A stretch of DNA of 41,324 nt from Fibrobacteria bacterium (GTDB lineage Bacteria > Fibrobacterota > Fibrobacteria > UBA11236). This document shows, piece after piece, positions 9,174-19,790 of the stretch (position 1 is the first letter of the stretch; every line of letters begins with the position of its first letter). Location: contig JAYTHY010000019.1 in the NCBI GenBank assembly GCA_043732185.1, forward strand, positions 1 to 41,324. Reading direction: 5' to 3'. Both the position numbers and the translations under genes were made by a program. Below the pieces are notes generated by a model. It had not been told where the DNA came from. It saw nothing but the letters and a program-made list of their open reading frames with translations, and did not search any database.

Positions 9174-11710
9174 TATTTTCCCCTCAACTGCAGGTTGTAC
9201 ATTGCGCCTGGATCGCCGGGACCAGATTGTAAGGTTAAGGGATAATTGCGACCGCCAGCCCAATCGTTTATGAACTCGTCGTAATGCACGGATCCTGGGT
9301 TTCCACTTTGGCCCCCAGGGTAAATGCCAATGGCTTGCGGCTCCTTACCAAGTGTGACCACCATACGCCAGGAAGGTCCATGGGAAACTTTTTGGGCATT
9401 GACGCATGTACCGCAACCACCGGTGGATATGTGCAAAGCACTGAAGGCGTCAATATGTGCCAAATGCCGGATTTCCACGGGCCGGAAGGCACTCCACGAG
9501 GTTGCCTGGTGGCCTAACAGCTGTCCCGCCTCATGTAAGGATCGGGCTAACAGAAAATCCAAAGTTTCTTTGGCAGGTGTGGTGATGTCATCAAAAAATT
9601 CGGATTGGCTTTCTTCCAGTACCAACTGGCGTGTCCGGTCCTGGGAGGGCCACTGATACCGGACACTGTCCTCGCCGAACTCATCATGCCAAATGGAATG
9701 ATAAAACTGCTTCCACCATAAATCAAACAGAGCGGGTTCCGAAGCCCCCGGCGTATGGCGATAATCCCAATGGGCCAGTGCTTGTAGAGCCGCTGAGTCT
9801 GCACGTGTTACTGCGATGCTCTTTAACTTTAAAAGCATGAAGGGTAAAACCTCTGCGGCGTGGAGATCATAATTGTCCAATAATATTCCAAAAGCCTGAT
9901 CCGCCGTGATGGCCTGTGCCGAATCCAGTATTTGTCCCAGGCGCTTGGCCCGCTCCCCATTTTTGAAATTGCTGCCAAGATAATAGGGATAAGTGCTGTC
10001 TGTCGGGTCCTGGTTAGCGGAAAAAAGTCGATTATTGGCCGGGTTGTGAACCTGGGGTGCCTGACTTTGGGGAATCCAACCGGACCAGTCATTTCCTGGC
10101 TCCGTACCGTCAAGGATGAAGCGCCCTTGTCCGCGCCACTTTTGGGGAAAGCGTCCATTGTGGAACATGGCGATATCTCCGCGCACAGATGCAAAAGCAA
10201 AGTTTTGGGAAGGACATTGAAAATCCTGTAAAGCTGTGGAAAATTCCTCGAAGTCCGTAGCCATATCAATTTTGAGAATGGAATGCAATTCATCGGAAGG
10301 TTCAAATGCCAGCCAATGCAAGGCATGCAAAGGTGGGACATCGCGATTCATCGTTTGTTCCTGGCTCTTTTGTACAATCGGGCCCTGATGTGTATAGAGT
10401 ACCGTATCAAATATCGTAGACTCTCCACGAACCTTTATGGCCTGAATATCCTTGCGCACTGGTTTCCATTTTCCGTCGTACAAATATTCCGAAAGGGTGC
10501 TATCCCGATAGGCAACTCGATACCAGTCAAATACATCGTCGTATCCATTTGTCATACCCCAGGCTATTTTACGATTGAAACCGATCAAGACGCCCGGCGC
10601 TCCAGGTAGAGAAACCCCGTACACACTCATTGAGGGTGCGGACAATTGCACCTCATACCAAAGTGAAGGCAAACCCAAATCCAGATGCGGATCATTGGCT
10701 AGCAAGGGGTAACCGCTATGTGACTTGGATCCGGAAAGGACGAAATTATTGCTGCCGTTTCCAGGATCAGGGTTTTTTTCAAGTGTCGGGGTCGGGAACT
10801 TGCTTGGCACCATGGGAAGTATCGGCAGATTGGGCATGCCCGGGAATAGGGGAGGAATACCCAGAGAATCCTGAAAGGGTAGTGCAGGAACGGAGGCTAA
10901 GGAATCCCATCGGGTACCAGTTGGAATGACTGGTTCAACTCCAGGTTCGTGTAGAGGATAAAACTTCCGTACAAATTCAGGTCCGAATTTTTTCAAAGTG
11001 TTCGTCAGGGGCAAATCATCACCCCCACCAGATAAAGTCCACTGCATATGTTTGATGAGCAATGCCGTGTTCAGGGCCGTCCAGTGCCTGGGAGCGTAAT
11101 CCATCAGTTTATATTCCAAAGGGTAGTCTGACTTTTTGAGCGAACTGATGTAGGCGTTCACGCCTTCGGAATACGCGGAGGCTGCCTCCCAAGAATCCGG
11201 ATGCCTAAACATAAGGTCGAGATCCCGTTCAGCTCCTTGCGGGATTCCCAATCGACGTTGGAATCGATCGTGCGCCACCATGGAGGGGCCGAGAATTTCA
11301 GCCAGACGACCAGCCGCCGACATCACCTGAATCTCCATCTGCCACAGCCGGTCTCGCGCAGTAACATAACCCTGGGCCAGAAAAAGGTCGTGGTTATTCT
11401 GGGCAAAAATGTGTGGAACGCCCCGCTTGTCAAACACCACGGTTACGGTTTCATGCAATCCGGGAATATGCAAATTCTGATCTTTGAAAATACCGGACTC
11501 CGCGTTTTTCCAAAAGCCGGAGAAGGGGTTACAGAATTTACCCAAGGGGGGAAGTGGCCCTAAGCGGGAGTTTCCCGAAAGGAGAATCAGCAGAAGAAAA
11601 GCTGTCAGTAGGGTAGGCTTGATCCAGCCAAATATGGAGGGTGAGTTGATCGTGGTGTCCGGGTTATTTCTTTTTTTGGACGGACAGATCGGACTCACGC
11701 TTTGCAGCAT
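9173..11710 (-). CDS. Penicillin acylase family (peptidase S45, Ntn hydrolase); start uncertain
   Basis: DKRGVPHIFA, AQGYVTARDRLWQME, GSNNFV (Ser nucleophile), LLANDPHL, PGGQSGNP. Confidence 0.92.
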   Translation of the reverse strand: MLQSVSPICPSKKRNNPDTTINSPSIFGWIKPTLLTAFLLLILLSGNSRLGPLPPLGKFCNPFSGFWKNAESGIFKDQNLHIPGLHETVTVVFDKRGVPHIFAQNNHDLFLAQGYVTARDRLWQMEIQVMSAAGRLAEILGPSMVAHDRFQRRLGIPQGAERDLDLMFRHPDSWEAASAYSEGVNAYISSLKKSDYPLEYKLMDYAPRHWTALNTALLIKHMQWTLSGGGDDLPLTNTLKKFGPEFVRKFYPLHEPGVEPVIPTGTRWDSLASVPALPFQDSLGIPPLFPGMPNLPILPMVPSKFPTPTLEKNPDPGNGSNNFVLSGSKSHSGYPLLANDPHLDLGLPSLWYEVQLSAPSMSVYGVSLPGAPGVLIGFNRKIAWGMTNGYDDVFDWYRVAYRDSTLSEYLYDGKWKPVRKDIQAIKVRGESTIFDTVLYTHQGPIVQKSQEQTMNRDVPPLHALHWLAFEPSDELHSILKIDMATDFEEFSTALQDFQCPSQNFAFASVRGDIAMFHNGRFPQKWRGQGRFILDGTEPGNDWSGWIPQSQAPQVHNPANNRLFSANQDPTDSTYPYYLGSNFKNGERAKRLGQILDSAQAITADQAFGILLDNYDLHAAEVLPFMLLKLKSIAVTRADSAALQALAHWDYRHTPGASEPALFDLWWKQFYHSIWHDEFGEDSVRYQWPSQDRTRQLVLEESQSEFFDDITTPAKETLDFLLARSLHEAGQLLGHQATSWSAFRPVEIRHLAHIDAFSALHISTGGCGTCVNAQKVSHGPSWRMVVTLGKEPQAIGIYPGGQSGNPGSVHYDEFINDWAGGRNYPLTLQSGPGDPGAMYNLQLRGK

Positions 11711-13424
11711 AACGGCAACGTTTGTCTTCCGGGTCCGAAGCGCAATCTGAGAAGCGAACAAATCGATCCCAGGCAGTTAGCACACCAGTTAAAAATTCCG
11801 GTTTTTGATCGATGTAACTATACTGCGCGTCCAGCGAATTGGCGTAGGCATACAAGGCATCTCTCTGGAAATCATTAGAGTTGAAGTAGGGAGAGTTCCG
11901 TAAGATTGTAACCTTTGGGGAGTTTAAAAAGGCTTCTAGCCGATCCTTGGCTTCCAAATAAAGCGCCTGAGAGTAATACAGCTGGCCCAGATACGCATCG
12001 ATGGCGGGGTCGTCATATTGCCTACGCAATTGTTCCAATACGGATCGGGCTTTGGTCAATTGATCCTTATGTCGAAAATAAATTGCCGCCGTCCGCAATT
12101 GGGCTTCCAAATAGGCGAGACGATCGCCTCCTTTATCGGGTGATGGCACAAGTTCATAGGTGGCCAAGGCCAGTGAATAATCCTTGGACATTTCCGCATC
12201 TATGCCCTTGCCCAAAAGAGTGGAAAAATAGGCTTGTAACTGTGGGGCGGAATTGAGTACGTGATACGCGCGTATAAATGTTGCGCCAGACAATGCTAGG
12301 GCGATGAGGGAGGAAATCAGCGCAATAGTTGGGTAACTCTTTCGAATGGAAAATGGAATTCGAAAGTTCTGTCCGATGCTCCAGGCACGGAATGCATGCA
12401 AACTGGTTTGTACCGACTCTTGGATTTCCGCCGTACTGGAAGGGCGATGTTGCTTCTCTTTAGCCAATAGCTTTTCGATCAACTCTTCCGTCAAGAAGGA
12501 TATTGATGGCCGTAATTTTCGGACACGAACATAGGTGCAGGCATCAATTTTCCAAATCAGGGCAACTAGGTTTTCCGCCTCAAAGGGACGATGCCCGGTA
12601 CACATTTCATACAGAATGACACCTAAGGAGAAGAAGTCACTGCGGACATCCAGTGGTTCCCCGTTGATTTGTTCCGGCGACATATAGTAGGGGGTTCCCA
12701 CTACCGTTCCCTGTGCTGTGTGAGTGTTCAAGGTCATGCCCTTGGCGGCACCAAAATCCATCAACTTAACCAAACCGGCGCTCGTGATCATTATGTTTTC
12801 AGGCTTGATGTCTCGATGGAGAATTCCCTGAATGCTATCGCCCTCGGCAGTTTTGATCTGGACATTATGAGCGTAATCCAGAGCGCCAACAATTTGAGAG
12901 GTTATCCCGAGAATATCCACTTCACGAATATGGTTATGGGCCGACATATACGTGCGCAAAGACTGGCCCTGCACAAATTCCATTTCGATGTAAAACTGCT
13001 TACCGATTTCCCCGGTATCGAAAACCCGTAAAATATTGGGATGGTCCAGGCGTGCGGTGAATTGGGCTTCCTGTTTGAAGCGTTCAAAATTTTCGCCGTC
13101 ATCGACCAAGGTTGGCCGAAGTATTTTGATAACCCGGTCGAGATTGAAGGTTAAGTTGTGTGCCCGATAAATCAGGGCACTTCCACCTTCATTTATTTTT
13201 TCCAGTATCTGACAGTTGCCAACCATTTGGCCAACAAATGGATCTCCAGAAAAGGGGTCGGCGGGCATTCCACCCGCGAAAAGGGACGGATCCGCTTGGA
13301 CTTCAACAAATGGGGCAGATACTGCATTCATCTGGATTTTTTGAGTGCCATCCGGTGGAAAGGACCCAACACCCTTGCCTAACGACAAAGTTTTCATGGT
13401 GGTAATGTTTTCATCCGATGACAT
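11664..13424 (-). CDS. Hanks-type Ser/Thr kinase with TM helix and extracytoplasmic TPR-like domain
   Basis: VIKIL, HPNIL, HRDIKPEN, DFG, GTPYYMSPEQ, DFFSLG; TM IALISSLIALALSG. Confidence 0.92.
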   Translation of the reverse strand: MSSDENITTMKTLSLGKGVGSFPPDGTQKIQMNAVSAPFVEVQADPSLFAGGMPADPFSGDPFVGQMVGNCQILEKINEGGSALIYRAHNLTFNLDRVIKILRPTLVDDGENFERFKQEAQFTARLDHPNILRVFDTGEIGKQFYIEMEFVQGQSLRTYMSAHNHIREVDILGITSQIVGALDYAHNVQIKTAEGDSIQGILHRDIKPENIMITSAGLVKLMDFGAAKGMTLNTHTAQGTVVGTPYYMSPEQINGEPLDVRSDFFSLGVILYEMCTGHRPFEAENLVALIWKIDACTYVRVRKLRPSISFLTEELIEKLLAKEKQHRPSSTAEIQESVQTSLHAFRAWSIGQNFRIPFSIRKSYPTIALISSLIALALSGATFIRAYHVLNSAPQLQAYFSTLLGKGIDAEMSKDYSLALATYELVPSPDKGGDRLAYLEAQLRTAAIYFRHKDQLTKARSVLEQLRRQYDDPAIDAYLGQLYYSQALYLEAKDRLEAFLNSPKVTILRNSPYFNSNDFQRDALYAYANSLDAQYSYIDQKPEFLTGVLTAWDRFVRFSDCASDPEDKRCRYAAKRESDLSVQKKK

Positions 13425-13602
13425 CTACCCTCCTGGAGAGCAACATGGTATTTAGCCGGTCGCTCGGAAAGTTAACAATCCCGAATAGAGTAGTTTAGGC
13501 TGAATCGGCCAGTCTTCCGCGTTTTATGTGTGAAATAGTTCGGTTTTTTCATCAGGTCGGTCTTGACTTCCTACTTTTTAAATCAATCCGAATGGAAACA
13601 AC

Positions 13603-14547
13603 ATGATGATTTTGGTTACCGGAGGCGCCGGTACTTTGGGTATGCGGTTGTCCTTGGAGTTGGCCCAAAAGGGCTACCGGGTTCGCGTATTATGTCTACC
13701 GGGTGATACTGCTGTGGAAACGCTCAAAGCCCAAGGTCTGGAAATTGTACTCGGCGACATTCGAGTTAAAGACAGTCTATTGGCCGCTGTAGCAGGCGTG
13801 CACACGATTTACCACCTTGCCGCTGTGGTGTTAGCGCCTGGTCGCGAGGATATATTTCATTCGGTCAATGCCGTGGGATCACGGAATCTGGCATTGGCCG
13901 CGAAGGCGGAAGGCGTTCAACATTTCATCTATGTTTCCTCCATCTCTGTTCTTTATAAACGGACCAATGCGTATTCCCTTTCTAAACTCCAGGGAGAAAA
14001 TTGGGTGAGGACAGCAGGACTCAAAAACTTCACCCTTGTTCGGCCAGCTTTGGTTTATACGGATGGAGGCGCGGAAGAATTCAATCGATTTGTCGCGCAT
14101 CTGCGGAAGTGGCCCATTGTCGCATTGCCTGGAGGTGGGAAGGCTAGGAAAAGCCCCATTCACCTGGATGATGTGGTAGCGGCGCTGTTGTCGATGCCAA
14201 ACAATTCGAAAACTTTTGGGAAAACATATTTGCTGGTTGGGGGAGAAATAGTCACGTTACGGCAGATGGCAAAAATGGTGACTGAAAAAATGAGAATGCG
14301 GAAGGCTGTGGTGGGTGTTCCTGTTTGGATGTGCCGGATTGGGGTTTCGGTGGTTGCTTTTTATTGCCGGATTACTGGTGCTGAAAATCCATTTACGTGG
14401 CAGACCTTTACTGGCTTGGTTGAGGATGCGATTGCATCGGGTAATTCGGCTGTAGATTATTCTGCGGAGGAGGACTTGCAGTTTCAACCACGGAAGTTCC
14501 GGGATGGGCTGGCGGGCTTGGTATCGTTGGACAATTCGTCAACTTAA
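13603..14547 (+). CDS. NAD-dependent epimerase/dehydratase (extended SDR)
   Basis: ILVTGGAGTLG, YVSS and YSLSK motifs. Confidence 0.88.
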   Translation: MMILVTGGAGTLGMRLSLELAQKGYRVRVLCLPGDTAVETLKAQGLEIVLGDIRVKDSLLAAVAGVHTIYHLAAVVLAPGREDIFHSVNAVGSRNLALAAKAEGVQHFIYVSSISVLYKRTNAYSLSKLQGENWVRTAGLKNFTLVRPALVYTDGGAEEFNRFVAHLRKWPIVALPGGGKARKSPIHLDDVVAALLSMPNNSKTFGKTYLLVGGEIVTLRQMAKMVTEKMRMRKAVVGVPVWMCRIGVSVVAFYCRITGAENPFTWQTFTGLVEDAIASGNSAVDYSAEEDLQFQPRKFRDGLAGLVSLDNSST

Positions 14548-14570
14548 TTAGTGAATATTCAGTAATAAAA

Positions 14571-15323
14571 ATGGCCAACTTTTCTCTAAGCATCTTCATT
14601 CCAGCTTTCAACGCAGAAGCAACTATCGCTGCTGTTTTGGTCCGTATTCCTAGTGAACTCTGGACCAATATTCTCGCCGTTATCGTTGTGGACGATGGAA
14701 GTCAGGACAAAACCGCCTCCATCGTTCTCTCAATGGTTGAAGAATTCCCTCAGCTTAAACTTTATCGTTTTAAACAGAACCAAGGCTACGGAAACGCAGT
14801 ACGCCAGGGGTTAGCCTTATGCCGAGAAACCGGCAGCGATTTTTCAGCTTGCATCCATGCCGACGGCCAGTACCCACCCGAATTTCTTCCCCAGTTTCTA
14901 GCCCATATGCAAAAGCACCAAATCGATCTTCTGCAAGGATCCAGACATAAATTGGGAACAGCCCGCGATGGCGGCATGCCTCTTTACAAAATCGTAGCGG
15001 GCCAAGCATTAACCTGGTTGGAAAACCGCTGCTTTGGCCTGGCTCTCACAGACTTCCATTCAGGCTATCTAGTCTACAGTCGACGGGCACTCCTTACCAT
15101 TCCATTTATGGAGTTGAGTGGTTATTTCGATTTCGATTTGGAGGCCATAGCCTCGGCCGTGGCCTTGGGGTTAAAAGTGGACGAAATGGGTATTCCGACA
15201 CGGTATGCGGGGGAAAAGTCCCACTTACAACCCATCCATTATGGATTTCGGGTATTAATGGTATTGTATCGTTATCAACGAGGCCGGTATGCCGCAAAGC
15301 CAGAAGCAAGGAAGGCAATTTGA
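14571..15323 (+). CDS. GT2 glycosyltransferase (polyprenol-phosphate glycosyltransferase-like)
   Basis: IPAFNAE, VVDDGSQD, NQGYG, HADGQY, GSR and TDFHSGY motifs. Confidence 0.9.
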   Translation: MANFSLSIFIPAFNAEATIAAVLVRIPSELWTNILAVIVVDDGSQDKTASIVLSMVEEFPQLKLYRFKQNQGYGNAVRQGLALCRETGSDFSACIHADGQYPPEFLPQFLAHMQKHQIDLLQGSRHKLGTARDGGMPLYKIVAGQALTWLENRCFGLALTDFHSGYLVYSRRALLTIPFMELSGYFDFDLEAIASAVALGLKVDEMGIPTRYAGEKSHLQPIHYGFRVLMVLYRYQRGRYAAKPEARKAI

Positions 15324-16330
15324 ATACAGATAAAATCCGCGCGGCGCTTTGTTCAAATGACACTAAGCATATCGACCGGGTTTTCGCGCAAGGCCGTCGG
15401 GAGCGGCTGGGAATGTTAACGCAATTGCTTCCTCAAACAGTAACCTATTCCAATTTTGAGAGTGTGGCAGAACAGTTGCAAAACGTCGAAGTTTTTTTCT
15501 CCACGTGGGGAATGGATGCAGGCCTTGCGGAAAAAATTTGCCGATTGCCAAACCTAAAAGCCTTCTTTTACGCCGCAGGAACCGTACAACATTTTGCCCG
15601 ACCCTTGCTGGACCGTGGTGTGACAGTTGTCAGCGCCTGGTCCGCCAACGCTGTGCCTGTAGCCCAGTTCACGCTTGCGCAGGTTCTGCTTTCACTGAAG
15701 GGTTATTTCCACAATGTCAGGGAAACACGATTGCAAGTCAACCACGGCAGGGCGGTTGAAGTTCACGTTCCTGGAATTTTTGATGCCACTGTTGCATTAC
15801 TCGGATGTGGAATGGTCGGTCGTAAAGTTGCCGAATTGCTCCGTCCCTTTGGACTGAAGGTTATTGTTTACGATCCTTTCCTCACTGAAGTAGAAGCTGC
15901 CACTCTAGGCGTGCACATCGTCTCCCTGGAAAATGCTTTTAGCACCGCACAGATAGTATCCAATCACTTACCGGACCTTCCAACCACGCAGGGTCTACTC
16001 AATGGCCGACTTTTTTCCAGCCTCCAAACGGGCGCAACCTTTATCAATACGGGCCGCGGAGCTACCCTGGTTGAAGCCGATCTTGCGGAAATTCTTGCGC
16101 AGCGCCCAGACCTCACTGCTCTCCTCGATGTGACCTATCCCGAACCGCCCGCACCAGGGTCGCCCTGGTATAAGTTGGAAAATGTCCATTTAAGCTCTCA
16201 TATCGCCGGTTCCCAAGGCCAGGAGGTTTTGCGTTTGGCCGATTATTGCTTGGAAGAATTTGAACGGTGGCGGAAAGGCGAACCCTTAAGATATCAAGTG
16301 ACCTTGCCCATGCTTGAGAAGCTGGCTTAA
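15320..16330 (+). CDS. D-isomer-specific 2-hydroxyacid dehydrogenase family
   Basis: LLGCGMVG, FINTGRG, LDVTYPEP and SSHIAG motifs. Confidence 0.9.
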   Translation: MNTDKIRAALCSNDTKHIDRVFAQGRRERLGMLTQLLPQTVTYSNFESVAEQLQNVEVFFSTWGMDAGLAEKICRLPNLKAFFYAAGTVQHFARPLLDRGVTVVSAWSANAVPVAQFTLAQVLLSLKGYFHNVRETRLQVNHGRAVEVHVPGIFDATVALLGCGMVGRKVAELLRPFGLKVIVYDPFLTEVEAATLGVHIVSLENAFSTAQIVSNHLPDLPTTQGLLNGRLFSSLQTGATFINTGRGATLVEADLAEILAQRPDLTALLDVTYPEPPAPGSPWYKLENVHLSSHIAGSQGQEVLRLADYCLEEFERWRKGEPLRYQVTLPMLEKLA

Positions 16331-16381
16331 TCCTTGGTACAATTCAGCATGTTCGAATTTAGTTCCAACGGCTGAACGAAA

Positions 16382-16909
16382 ATGCTGATGAATCGCATCC
16401 ACCCCTGTAAGCTTTGGCTAGCTTGGAAACTCTTAGCCCTATCGGTTTTACTCATCGGCTGTTTGTTCTCCAGTGGTGGTGAACTGGACAAAAGTCGCCC
16501 GGCGTCGTTAAGTGAAACAAGGTTGGTGGGTGCCTATTCTCTTGTCGATTACCTTTTCGAATATGGGGATGGCCAGAAATTTACACCCGCCATTATCAAG
16601 ATAACTGGCACCTTATCGATGACTCCCGATAGCCTCTATCTTGAGCGAATCTGGGTCGGGACAACACCGACGCCTACGGACACCAAGGGCAAAATCACCA
16701 AAGTGGAACTGATTGGAAGTGGAAACGCGAAGGGTTTGATCACGATGACTTTGGATCAGGTAGATTCGACCCAAACCAGTTCAGGGGCTTTTTCATTTCG
16801 GGCGGACACCTTGGTGCTAATCATCGCGGTCCCCAAAGAAAGGGATGCCCTTAAAAAAGGATACAAAGAAACCATTTATTGGCTGCCCGACTCAATACCT
16901 AAGCTTTAA
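16382..16909 (+). CDS. Putative lipoprotein, lipocalin-like
   Basis: Lipobox LIGC, LVGAYSL motif, beta-rich sequence. Confidence 0.55.
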   Translation: MLMNRIHPCKLWLAWKLLALSVLLIGCLFSSGGELDKSRPASLSETRLVGAYSLVDYLFEYGDGQKFTPAIIKITGTLSMTPDSLYLERIWVGTTPTPTDTKGKITKVELIGSGNAKGLITMTLDQVDSTQTSSGAFSFRADTLVLIIAVPKERDALKKGYKETIYWLPDSIPKL

Positions 16910-16924
16910 TTCATTGCCAAGGCT

Positions 16925-17497
16925 TTACCACACGCCCACATAGTCGGGATGCACCAGATTCCATTCCTTGGAATAGGTGTGAATCCGGTTCGTGGCCACC
17001 ATTGCCCCTTCTGAATTGCGAGTGAACAATTCGCCCCCCGCAAAACTCCACGCCAATATGCCCCCTTCCAGATTCTCGGATTTGATGCCTTGCCTGGCCA
17101 AGGTCTCGGCGTATTTTCCGCTGCGAAAGCCTATAGTGCAGTAAACGACGATCCGTTTGGCGGATGGAATTCCTTTTCGAAATTGTTGCGCAAATTGGAA
17201 GGTGGACAGGGCATGCGGTAACATGGAGATTACCTGTTCTTTTGGCTGCCGGATATCGATGAGAACCAAATCGGTATCGTCGATAATTTTCTTAAGCTCC
17301 GCTGCTTTTAGTACCGGTACGTGGATTTCCAGGGTGGCCTTGGCGTACTCCACGCGCAGGCGGGCTTCGATTTTTTCTTCGCGGGACAACCCTTGGGCTT
17401 GGCAATGAGTGCTGCCCATAAGTCCCATCAAGAGGAATGGCCAAGAAAACAGGGCAACTCGGAAAGTACCCATGATTTTAATTGCCATTCCAGCCAC
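16925..17497 (-). CDS. Exported rhodanese-domain protein
   Basis: LIDIRQPKE, VVYCTIGFRS and NLEGGILAW motifs; N-terminal signal. Confidence 0.85.
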   Translation of the reverse strand: MAGMAIKIMGTFRVALFSWPFLLMGLMGSTHCQAQGLSREEKIEARLRVEYAKATLEIHVPVLKAAELKKIIDDTDLVLIDIRQPKEQVISMLPHALSTFQFAQQFRKGIPSAKRIVVYCTIGFRSGKYAETLARQGIKSENLEGGILAWSFAGGELFTRNSEGAMVATNRIHTYSKEWNLVHPDYVGVW

Positions 17498-17505
17498 AGG
17501 CAGTC

Positions 17506-18690
17506 TTACGACTTGGCCGTGTCCGCCGGGGCTGCTACGGTGGGCGCCGGCTTGAGTGCTTCCTTGAAACCGATTTTTCCATCTTTGATTTGCATGATGG
17601 TTGCAGGCTTGATGGCATTGCGGTTTTCATCGAGGGAGATGGATCCGGTTACACCGTTGAAGATTTTGGTATCGGCCAAGGCCTGACGGATATTATCCGG
17701 GGTAGGGGCAGCCGCGCGCTTGATGGCATCGAATAGGAACATGGCGCCGTCATAGCCCAGTGCAGCCATAGCGTCGGGTGTTTCCCCAGGGTAAGTGGTT
17801 TTGAAGTTTGTGACGAATTGTTGCAGCAAGGGATTCGGGTCTTCTACAGCAAAATGTGTAGCGAAATAGCAATCGTTGAGGGAGACGCCGCCGATTTCCA
17901 GAAGCTTGGAGGAATCCCAGCCGTCTCCGCCAAACAGGGGAACGGTGATTCCGAGTTTGCGGGCCTGCAGGGCTATCAAGCCTACTTCGGTATAATATCC
18001 TGGAATAAATATCGCCGAGGGATTTTTGCTTTTTAACGACGTCAATTGAGCTGTGAAATCCTTGTCGCCTTGGCTATAGCTTTCTTCTGCCACCACCTTA
18101 CCGCCCAACTTCAAAAATCTTTTTTCGAAATACCCCTTAAGCCCAACAGAATAATCTGTTTTCACGTCGAAGAAAATCGCAACATCCTTGATCGCAAGAC
18201 TGCTGGCGGCGAAATCGGCAAGTACTTCACCTTGGAACACATCGGTAAAGCACACTCGGAAAATGCAATCGCCGACTTGGGTGACTTTAAAATTCACTGA
18301 TGAGGAAGAAAGCATGGGGATGCGACTGGCTTGGCATACTGGCGCGGCGGCCAAACTGTTGGAGGATGCGGATCCTCCCATGACGACTACCACCCTGTCC
18401 TTGTTGATCAATTTGGTGACCACGGTTTGAGCTTCTTCCGGCTTGCCTTGATCGTCTTCAAGTACAATGCGGATAGGCCGTCCGGCAATTCCGCCTGCTT
18501 TGTTTATTTCGGTCAGGGCCATTTTAATACCCTTGGTTTCGCTTTGCCCAAAGGTGGCGATAGAACCGGTTAAGGATGCGAACTGACCAATCACGATTTC
18601 TTCCGCCGCTGGAGCCGCGGCCTCTTTTTTCTGATTGCATCCGGTGAGAAATAGAGCCAACGCGGGTAGGATCCAAAATAAAATTGCCAC
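17506..18690 (-). CDS. ABC transporter substrate-binding lipoprotein, LivJ/LivK-like (orphan here)
   Basis: Lipobox LTGC; SLTGSIATFG, EDDQGKPEEA, FRVCFTD, DFTAQLT. Confidence 0.9.
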   Translation of the reverse strand: MAILFWILPALALFLTGCNQKKEAAAPAAEEIVIGQFASLTGSIATFGQSETKGIKMALTEINKAGGIAGRPIRIVLEDDQGKPEEAQTVVTKLINKDRVVVVMGGSASSNSLAAAPVCQASRIPMLSSSSVNFKVTQVGDCIFRVCFTDVFQGEVLADFAASSLAIKDVAIFFDVKTDYSVGLKGYFEKRFLKLGGKVVAEESYSQGDKDFTAQLTSLKSKNPSAIFIPGYYTEVGLIALQARKLGITVPLFGGDGWDSSKLLEIGGVSLNDCYFATHFAVEDPNPLLQQFVTNFKTTYPGETPDAMAALGYDGAMFLFDAIKRAAAPTPDNIRQALADTKIFNGVTGSISLDENRNAIKPATIMQIKDGKIGFKEALKPAPTVAAPADTAKS

Positions 18691-18779
18691 TGAAGCCTTT
18701 CTGGGTCGGTTGGTTTTGTGACCGATCCCGTTGCATAAACCGTCGCTGCCTAGGTGCTCCCCAGCCAGCGTAGTCCACG

Positions 18780-18848
18780 GCTTTTTATTTAATCCGCGGA
18801 CAACAGCAGTAAAATAGTTTGCCGCAGACCGAACCCGGAGGGATTTTT
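18780..18848. repeat. Direct repeat A, copy 1 (upstream of the SBP gene)
   Basis: 58/69 ungapped identity to 19791-19859 (counted by hand); perfect 22-nt core AACAGCAGTAAAATAGTTTGCC. Confidence 0.9.
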
Positions 18849-18875
18849 TTGAAATTGCGCCATCGAGGACTAGGA

Positions 18876-19781
18876 TTATTTGCCGAAGGGTGGGCTGCGT
18901 CCGGACAAATCGAATTCAGCACCATTTGGATTCCACCATCGCCACATCACTGTAGGATACAAGAGTCCGTAATCAGAATTAGGTCCGGGGCTGCCGGACT
19001 TGGCGCGATATGGAAGTGTAGTCATGGCATCACTCCATCTGGACACGCGCACCCAATCAAAGGACGTCTCGGCAGGAAGAAAGGTATTGTCCGTGATTGG
19101 CCAGTTTCCATCCCAACCACCCATTTGCGTGTACAAAATCAAGTATTGCGCCGTCAATTGGCCGATGCTGGCGGCATCCGCGTACTTGGCGCGCTGCACG
19201 CCGTCTATTTCCCACATGATGGAATCGGGTGTCCATACCACCGCGTAGTTATGGTAGGCGAGCGAGTAATCGAAGGTGCCGTCCCAATGGGTGGAACTTT
19301 GTTGATGGGTGGCGGAGCTATTGCCCCAGTGGTAGGTCATGTAGAGGCGCTGAGGAAACAAACCCAAGGTTTCAAAAATGTCGACTTCCGGCGGCCACCC
19401 GCCTGCATCCGACAAAGTCCAGAAGGCGGGCCAAATACCTTTGCCTTTCGGCATTTTTGCACTAGCCTCGATGCGGATTTTTCCGCCGTAATTATTAGGA
19501 TGGAACGCATGCTTATGCTGTGACTCGATGCCGCCGCTGGTATATGCATAGGTACCACTGGTTTGCACCTTTGTGGTAATGACGAACTTTCCGGACCGGA
19601 TGGAGACATTGGCCGGCAGAAATTGTGCATAGTCGCGGCCGTTATCGGATATGTTCCAATCCTTGGTACTGAGTGAATCGAAGTTGTCCTCGAATACAGT
19701 TTGCCACGCGGCGTGCGCTACGCCGATAGCCATGCAACACAGGTACAGGCAGAAATAAATCGGATAAAAAGCACCTCGCAT
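18876..19781 (-). CDS. Secreted GH16 glycoside hydrolase (laminarinase-like)
   Basis: Signal peptide; YTSG, GIWPAFW, catalytic EVDIFE, YAVVWTPD; C-terminal FDLSGR. Confidence 0.9.
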   Translation of the reverse strand: MRGAFYPIYFCLYLCCMAIGVAHAAWQTVFEDNFDSLSTKDWNISDNGRDYAQFLPANVSIRSGKFVITTKVQTSGTYAYTSGGIESQHKHAFHPNNYGGKIRIEASAKMPKGKGIWPAFWTLSDAGGWPPEVDIFETLGLFPQRLYMTYHWGNSSATHQQSSTHWDGTFDYSLAYHNYAVVWTPDSIMWEIDGVQRAKYADAASIGQLTAQYLILYTQMGGWDGNWPITDNTFLPAETSFDWVRVSRWSDAMTTLPYRAKSGSPGPNSDYGLLYPTVMWRWWNPNGAEFDLSGRSPPFGK

Positions 19782-19790
19782 AGCTTAACC

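Noticed and set aside
16334..16350. sigma54 promoter (TTGGTACAATTCAGC; similar at 7867)
   Set aside because: The GG-to-GC spacing is 9 nt rather than 10, and the second site lacks the GC.
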